A stretch of 64,000 nt of DNA, taken from NCBI GenBank assembly GCA_041665085.1, contig JBAYJO010000003.1, positions 2,131-66,130 of the forward strand. The letters run 5' to 3'. The notes under the pieces are model-generated. The model was not told the DNA's origin and searched no databases. It was given only the letters and a program-made list of their open reading frames with translations. This DNA is from Patescibacteria group bacterium (lineage in GTDB: Bacteria > Patescibacteriota > UBA1384 > JBAYJO01). Numbering within the stretch: position 1 is the stretch's first letter; the number at the start of each line of letters is the position of its first letter. The position numbers and the translations under genes are program-made. This document shows positions 59,202 to 64,000 of the stretch, in pieces.

Positions 59202-59828
59202 ATGAAAAAGAACAAAAGTTTTTCTTTAATTGAAATATTGATTGCAAGTACAATTTTTTCAGTAGTGATTTTAGTTGTATTAAGTACGGTTGCTATGCTT
59301 TCGAGTGTAGAATCAGGTTTAAAATCAGCAAAAGTTGTAAACTCAACAAGCAGCTATGTTTTGGAATCAATGTTTCGCGACATAGCTGAAGCAGATGAAA
59401 GTTTGTCAATTAATGGAGGAATTACATATCACGCTTTTACTCTTTCTAATTCAATACCAAGCAGCATTATATATTCTGGAGGAACGCTACCAAATGATTT
59501 TTGTGAAGATGCATCTATACCAAAAAGTGGGATTTTACTCCATGTAAATGATGAGTATAAGTTTTATTATTTAGATACTAATAATAAAATAAATTTAAGA
59601 ACAGATTCAGATCTTGTAGACTTATTTAGTCCTTCAGGTTCTTATAGAGAATTTGTGATTGCCGGGTCTGACAAAGTGATAATTAGTAAATTTGCAGTAA
59701 CTGGAATTGCAAGTACCAGTAATCCTTGGGCGAAAATTGATATTGAAATTAAAAGTAGTAATTTTATCAAATCAGAAGAAACATTTAAATTTAGCACAAT
59801 GGTTTCAACAAGGAAAATAACATGGTAA
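59202..59828 (+). CDS. Minor pilin (PilW-like)
   Basis: KS|FSLIEIL, ..RDI.EA; ends with STMVSTR. Confidence 0.72.
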   Translation: MKKNKSFSLIEILIASTIFSVVILVVLSTVAMLSSVESGLKSAKVVNSTSSYVLESMFRDIAEADESLSINGGITYHAFTLSNSIPSSIIYSGGTLPNDFCEDASIPKSGILLHVNDEYKFYYLDTNNKINLRTDSDLVDLFSPSGSYREFVIAGSDKVIISKFAVTGIASTSNPWAKIDIEIKSSNFIKSEETFKFSTMVSTRKITW

Positions 59829-60166
59829 AAAATAATTCAAATAAAGGTTCTGCGCTTCTAATTACTTTAATAATTATGAGTATTGCTTCAGTTTTAATTT
59901 TTAGTATAAGCAAATTATCAATGTTTCAGCAATTAAGACAAGGATCTTACGAATCATCGCTTGGCGCCTATTATGCAGCTGAAGCAGGGTATAATTTAGC
60001 ATTGAAAGCTGCCGATGGTTCAAGTACAGACGCTCCCATAGAGTTGCCAAATGGTGCAAAATACGAATATGATAGAAATGATGCTAGTGATATTATTTCG
60101 ACCGGAACATTCGGTAAGGTGAAACATCAGATAATTTGGGACGGGACAACTAAAATAATCAAATAG
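59822..60166 (+). CDS. Minor pilin (PilX-like)
   Basis: KG|SALLITL with no E5, AYYAAEAG, ISTG. Confidence 0.72.
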   Translation: MVKNNSNKGSALLITLIIMSIASVLIFSISKLSMFQQLRQGSYESSLGAYYAAEAGYNLALKAADGSSTDAPIELPNGAKYEYDRNDASDIISTGTFGKVKHQIIWDGTTKIIK

Positions 60167-60172
60167 GAACAT

Positions 60173-60613
60173 ATGAACTTAAAAGTATATACTGATGGGG
60201 GAGCGAGAGGAAATCCCGGGCCGGCTGGAATTGGGATAATAATTAAAAATGATGATAAAATTATCGCTAAAATTAAAAAATATATTGGAGAGGCAACAAA
60301 TAATCAAGCAGAATATCAAGCGATTTTATCTGCCCTTGAATTTATAAAAGCAAATTATGTTGGTAAAATTGATTCTTTACTGTGCAGTCTTGATTCACAA
60401 CTTGTTGTTGAGCAATTAAGAGGTAATTATAAAGTCAAAAATCAAGATTTGGCTATTTTGTTTTTAAAGATAAAAAAAATATGCGAAGATTTAGATTTAA
60501 AAATAGAGTTTGTTCATATTCCTCGTGAGCAAAATAAATTAGCGGATAAGCTGGTAAATATTGCGATTGATGAGAAAAGTGATTTCTCTGTTGAATTACC
60601 TCTTGAAAAGTAG
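60173..60613 (+). CDS. rnhA: Ribonuclease HI
   Basis: YTDGGARGNPG, TNNQAEY, DSQLVV, REQNKLAD. Confidence 0.93.
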   Translation: MNLKVYTDGGARGNPGPAGIGIIIKNDDKIIAKIKKYIGEATNNQAEYQAILSALEFIKANYVGKIDSLLCSLDSQLVVEQLRGNYKVKNQDLAILFLKIKKICEDLDLKIEFVHIPREQNKLADKLVNIAIDEKSDFSVELPLEK

Positions 60614-60625
60614 TAATATTTATTT

Positions 60626-60847
60626 GTGTTAGTAAATATAAATGTAAAACCCGGATCTAGTAAAATTGAAGTCCAAAAAGATGACCAAGGATTACTAGTT
60701 TATTTGACCGCTTTACCGGTAAAAGGTATGGCAAATAAACAATTGATAGAGGTTTTATCAGATTATTATAATGTATCAAAATCATCCATTGATATTATCA
60801 GAGGATGGAATTTTCATAAAAAAGTAGTAGAGGTTAAAAATGTTTAA
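60626..60847 (+). CDS. DUF167/YggU family protein
   Basis: VKP, P.KG.AN.QL, V.KS.I.I.RG pattern. Confidence 0.85.
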   Translation: MLVNINVKPGSSKIEVQKDDQGLLVYLTALPVKGMANKQLIEVLSDYYNVSKSSIDIIRGWNFHKKVVEVKNV

Positions 60848-63812
60848 ATCCATTAATCAAAGACAAAATTTTGTTGAACTTGAAAAAGAGATTTTAGAAT
60901 TTTGGAACAGTAACAAAATTCTAGAAAAATATTTAAATCGAAATAATGGTAGTAGCAAAAAATTTAGTTTTTTAGACGGACCGATCACCGCAAATAATCC
61001 TATGGGAGTTCATCATGCTTGGGGTAGGACATATAAAGATGCTTGGCAAAGATATAAAGCAATGAATGGTTTTGACCAAAGATTTCAAAATGGTTTTGAT
61101 TGTCAGGGACTTTGGGTTGAAGTTGAAGTTGAAAAAGAGCTAGATTTTAAAACAAAAAAAGATATTGAAACTTATGGACTTGAAAAATTTACTAATAAAT
61201 GTAAAGAAAGAGTTGTAAAATATTCTGCAATTCAAACAGAACAATCGAAAAGACTTGGTATGTTTATGGATTGGGACAATTCTTATTACACCATGAGTGA
61301 AGAAAATAATTACGCTATTTGGCATTTTTTAAAAAAATGTTCTGAACTTGGTTATTTATATAAAGGTGAAGATGTGGTGCCGTGGTGCCAGAGGTGTGGA
61401 ACAGCAATTTCACAGCATGAAATATTAACTGAAGAATACAAAGAGCTTACGCATGCTTCTTTTTATGTTAAATTCCCACTAAAAGATGAGAAAAATATAT
61501 ACTTTTTAGTTTGGACAACCACACCGTGGACTTTGCCAGCAAATACTGGTCTTGCTGTTGGAAAAGATATTAAATATTCAATTTATAAAAATATTGAAAC
61601 TGATGAAAAGTATATACTAGCTGAAGAGATTGCAGAAAAATTATTAAAAGAAAATTTTGAAAAAATTTGTTTTTCCGATGGATCAAAAACAAAAACCGGT
61701 AATGAGCTACTTGGTCTTGAATATAATTCCATATTGCCTGAAATTCAAAATAGTTTAGATTTATCTGAAAATAAATTTAAAGTTTGGGTTGGTGATTTTG
61801 TAAATACTGAAGAAGGAACAGGGATTGTTCATATTGCTCCGGGATGCGGTAAAGAAGATTTTGAACTTGCTAAAGAAAATAATATTCCTATTATTAATCC
61901 GATAAAAAATGATGAAGGTGATTACGCGGATTATATGGGAATATTATCTGGAAAAAATGTAAGTCATATAAATTCAGAGATAAAAGATTTGCTTGGAATT
62001 TTATTATTTAAAGAACAGAGCTATACTCATCGCTACCCAACTTGTTGGAGATGCAAATCAGAATTAATATTTCGCTTAGTTAATGAGTGGTATATAAAAA
62101 TGGATGAGATTCGTCAGAAAATGATGGAAGTAACTAAAAAAATCAAATGGTTACCATCATTTGGACTTGAAAGAGAGTTGGATTGGCTTAAAAATATGGA
62201 TGATTGGCTGATTTCTAAGAAAAGGTATTGGGGATTGGCTTTGCCTATATTTGAGTGTGAATGCGGACACTATGAAGTAATTGGAAGTAAAGAAGAGCTG
62301 AAAGAAAAGTCAGTTGAAGGCTGGGAAAAATTTGAAGGTAATACGCCTCATAGACCTTGGGTTGATAATATTATAATTCAATGTTCTAAATGCGGTAATT
62401 TGGTCTCAAGAATTAAGGATGTGGGAAATCCTTGGCTTGATGCCGGCATTGTTCCTTTTTCAACAATACCCGGAAATAAAACTGATAAAGAAAATAAACC
62501 AACCTCGTATTTTAATGACAGAGAAAACTGGGAAAAATGGTTTCCGGCCGATTTTATTACAGAATCTTTTCCAGGACAGTTTAAAAACTGGTTTTATTCA
62601 TTAATTGCTATGAGTACAGTTCTTGAAAACGAGCCTTCATTTAAAACAGTTTTAGGTTTTGCGTCAGTTAAAGATGAAAAAGGCGAAGAGATGCATAAAA
62701 GTAAAGGTAATGCAATTTGGTTTGATGAAGCTGCTGATACTATTGGTGTTGATACAATGAGACTTTTGTATTGTTTGCAAAATCCATCCAACAATTTACT
62801 TTTTGGATACAGGGCAAATGAAGAGGTTAGAAGGAAGTATATACTAATTCTATGGAATGTATATTCGTTTTTTGTAACTTATAGTAATATTGATAATTTT
62901 AAACCTGAAAAATCTACTAAATCAGAAAATTTGATGGACATGTGGATAATGGCGGATCTTCAAGAAACAATTGAGATTACTAGAAAAGGATTTGATGATT
63001 ATAATTTGCAAAAATCAACGCAGCAATTGGTTAAATTTATTGAAGATTTATCGACCTGGTATTTGCGAAGATCGAGAAACAGAAAAACATCAGAATTTTA
63101 TCAAACCATGTATGATGTTTTGAAAAATCTTGTAAAACTTCTTGCACCAATTACGCCATTTTTATCTGAAAGTATATATCAAAATTTGAAATTTGAAAAT
63201 GAGCCAGAATCTGTTCATTTGTGCGATTATCCTGAAGTAAATGATACTTTTGTAAATAAAGAATTATTAAGTGAAATGAGTATGATTCGCGATATCGTTG
63301 AGCTTGCTCATAGTGCTCGAGAAGAAGCAAATATAAAAATTAGACAACCACTATCTGACATTAAAGTATATACTTCGATAAAATTAAATTATAATTTTAA
63401 TGATATTTTGATTGACGAATTAAATATTAAAGAAATTACATTTATACAAAATACAGAAATTGAGTTAATGGACAAAAATAATGATTATATAATGAAACAA
63501 AATAATGATTTTAAAGTATATACTAATATTAAAATCACTCCTGAATTGCTTGAAGAATGTACATTTCGAGATTCGGTACGAAAAATTCAAGATTTGCGAA
63601 AAAATGTCGATCTTAAGCCCAATCAAATTGTTGATATATACTATTTTGCTGAAAATAATGAAATTGAAAAATTTATTGATAAACATACTTCCGAGTTATC
63701 TGCTAAAACAAATTGTAAATTAATACCGCTTGATATTAAGGACGGCAAAATAGAATCGTCTTTAAAAGTTGAAAATGGAACTATTAGCTTTTACATTAAT
63801 CAAAAAGATTAA
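60840..63812 (+). CDS. ileS: Isoleucyl-tRNA synthetase (type 2)
   Basis: FLDGP, GFDCQGL, WTTTPWTLPAN, GTGIVH.AP, DWLIS..RYWG; variant signature motifs GVHH and EMHKS. Confidence 0.96.
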   Translation: MFKSINQRQNFVELEKEILEFWNSNKILEKYLNRNNGSSKKFSFLDGPITANNPMGVHHAWGRTYKDAWQRYKAMNGFDQRFQNGFDCQGLWVEVEVEKELDFKTKKDIETYGLEKFTNKCKERVVKYSAIQTEQSKRLGMFMDWDNSYYTMSEENNYAIWHFLKKCSELGYLYKGEDVVPWCQRCGTAISQHEILTEEYKELTHASFYVKFPLKDEKNIYFLVWTTTPWTLPANTGLAVGKDIKYSIYKNIETDEKYILAEEIAEKLLKENFEKICFSDGSKTKTGNELLGLEYNSILPEIQNSLDLSENKFKVWVGDFVNTEEGTGIVHIAPGCGKEDFELAKENNIPIINPIKNDEGDYADYMGILSGKNVSHINSEIKDLLGILLFKEQSYTHRYPTCWRCKSELIFRLVNEWYIKMDEIRQKMMEVTKKIKWLPSFGLERELDWLKNMDDWLISKKRYWGLALPIFECECGHYEVIGSKEELKEKSVEGWEKFEGNTPHRPWVDNIIIQCSKCGNLVSRIKDVGNPWLDAGIVPFSTIPGNKTDKENKPTSYFNDRENWEKWFPADFITESFPGQFKNWFYSLIAMSTVLENEPSFKTVLGFASVKDEKGEEMHKSKGNAIWFDEAADTIGVDTMRLLYCLQNPSNNLLFGYRANEEVRRKYILILWNVYSFFVTYSNIDNFKPEKSTKSENLMDMWIMADLQETIEITRKGFDDYNLQKSTQQLVKFIEDLSTWYLRRSRNRKTSEFYQTMYDVLKNLVKLLAPITPFLSESIYQNLKFENEPESVHLCDYPEVNDTFVNKELLSEMSMIRDIVELAHSAREEANIKIRQPLSDIKVYTSIKLNYNFNDILIDELNIKEITFIQNTEIELMDKNNDYIMKQNNDFKVYTNIKITPELLEECTFRDSVRKIQDLRKNVDLKPNQIVDIYYFAENNEIEKFIDKHTSELSAKTNCKLIPLDIKDGKIESSLKVENGTISFYINQKD

Positions 63813-63840
63813 TTTAAAGTATATATTTTAAGGAGTATTT

Positions 63841-64000
63841 TTGCTTAAGAAACTTCGAATGTTTGATTGGGTATTGTATGGTTTAGTGTTAATTTTACTT
63901 TCTATTAGTATTATTTTGATATATACAATTACTTTTGGCAATCAAGTAAATTTAGCTCTAAGACAAGGAATTTTTGCTGGAATAGGTTTAGTTTTTATGT
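63841..64000 (+). CDS. RodA/FtsW family protein, 5' part (runs off the window)
   Basis: AGGAG RBS, TTG start, FDW.L..hydrophobic helix..IY..RQ.IF..IG pattern. Confidence 0.65.
   Translation, partial: MLKKLRMFDWVLYGLVLILLSISIILIYTITFGNQVNLALRQGIFAGIGLVFM

Overview
Low-GC bacterial chromosome segment, inferred to be Patescibacteria/CPR-like. The grounds are a type IV pilus locus with no secretin in the window, many single-pass or secreted proteins and CPR-style coiled-coil genes; the genetic code appears standard. In order: uvrC/uvrA/uvrB interleaved with three cohesin/dockerin surface proteins; a GC-richer three-gene block (EndoIII-like, ParB-like, purA); an ABC exporter divergent from a heliorhodopsin operon; a NifX/MinD-ferredoxin/CDF/DUF134/ZIP metal-handling cluster interrupted by a RAYT (Y1) transposase with 37-bp terminal inverted repeats; a block of exported proteins; typA; four tRNAs with rpmG; a type IV pilus locus with eight pilin-like genes; rnhA, ileS (type 2, GVHH motif) and the start of rodA/ftsW. 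Most notable: (i) an apparent three-part cohesin-dockerin assembly (membrane anchor, adaptor, glycoside-hydrolase cargo); (ii) nested palindromic repeats that occur between genes and also in frame inside uvrC, uvrB and probably heliorhodopsin; (iii) the TIR-bounded RAYT, a four-helix-bundle gene bracketed by heptamer-periodic inverted repeats, and a pseudoknotted leader RNA candidate. All product calls come from motif recognition by eye, not database searches.
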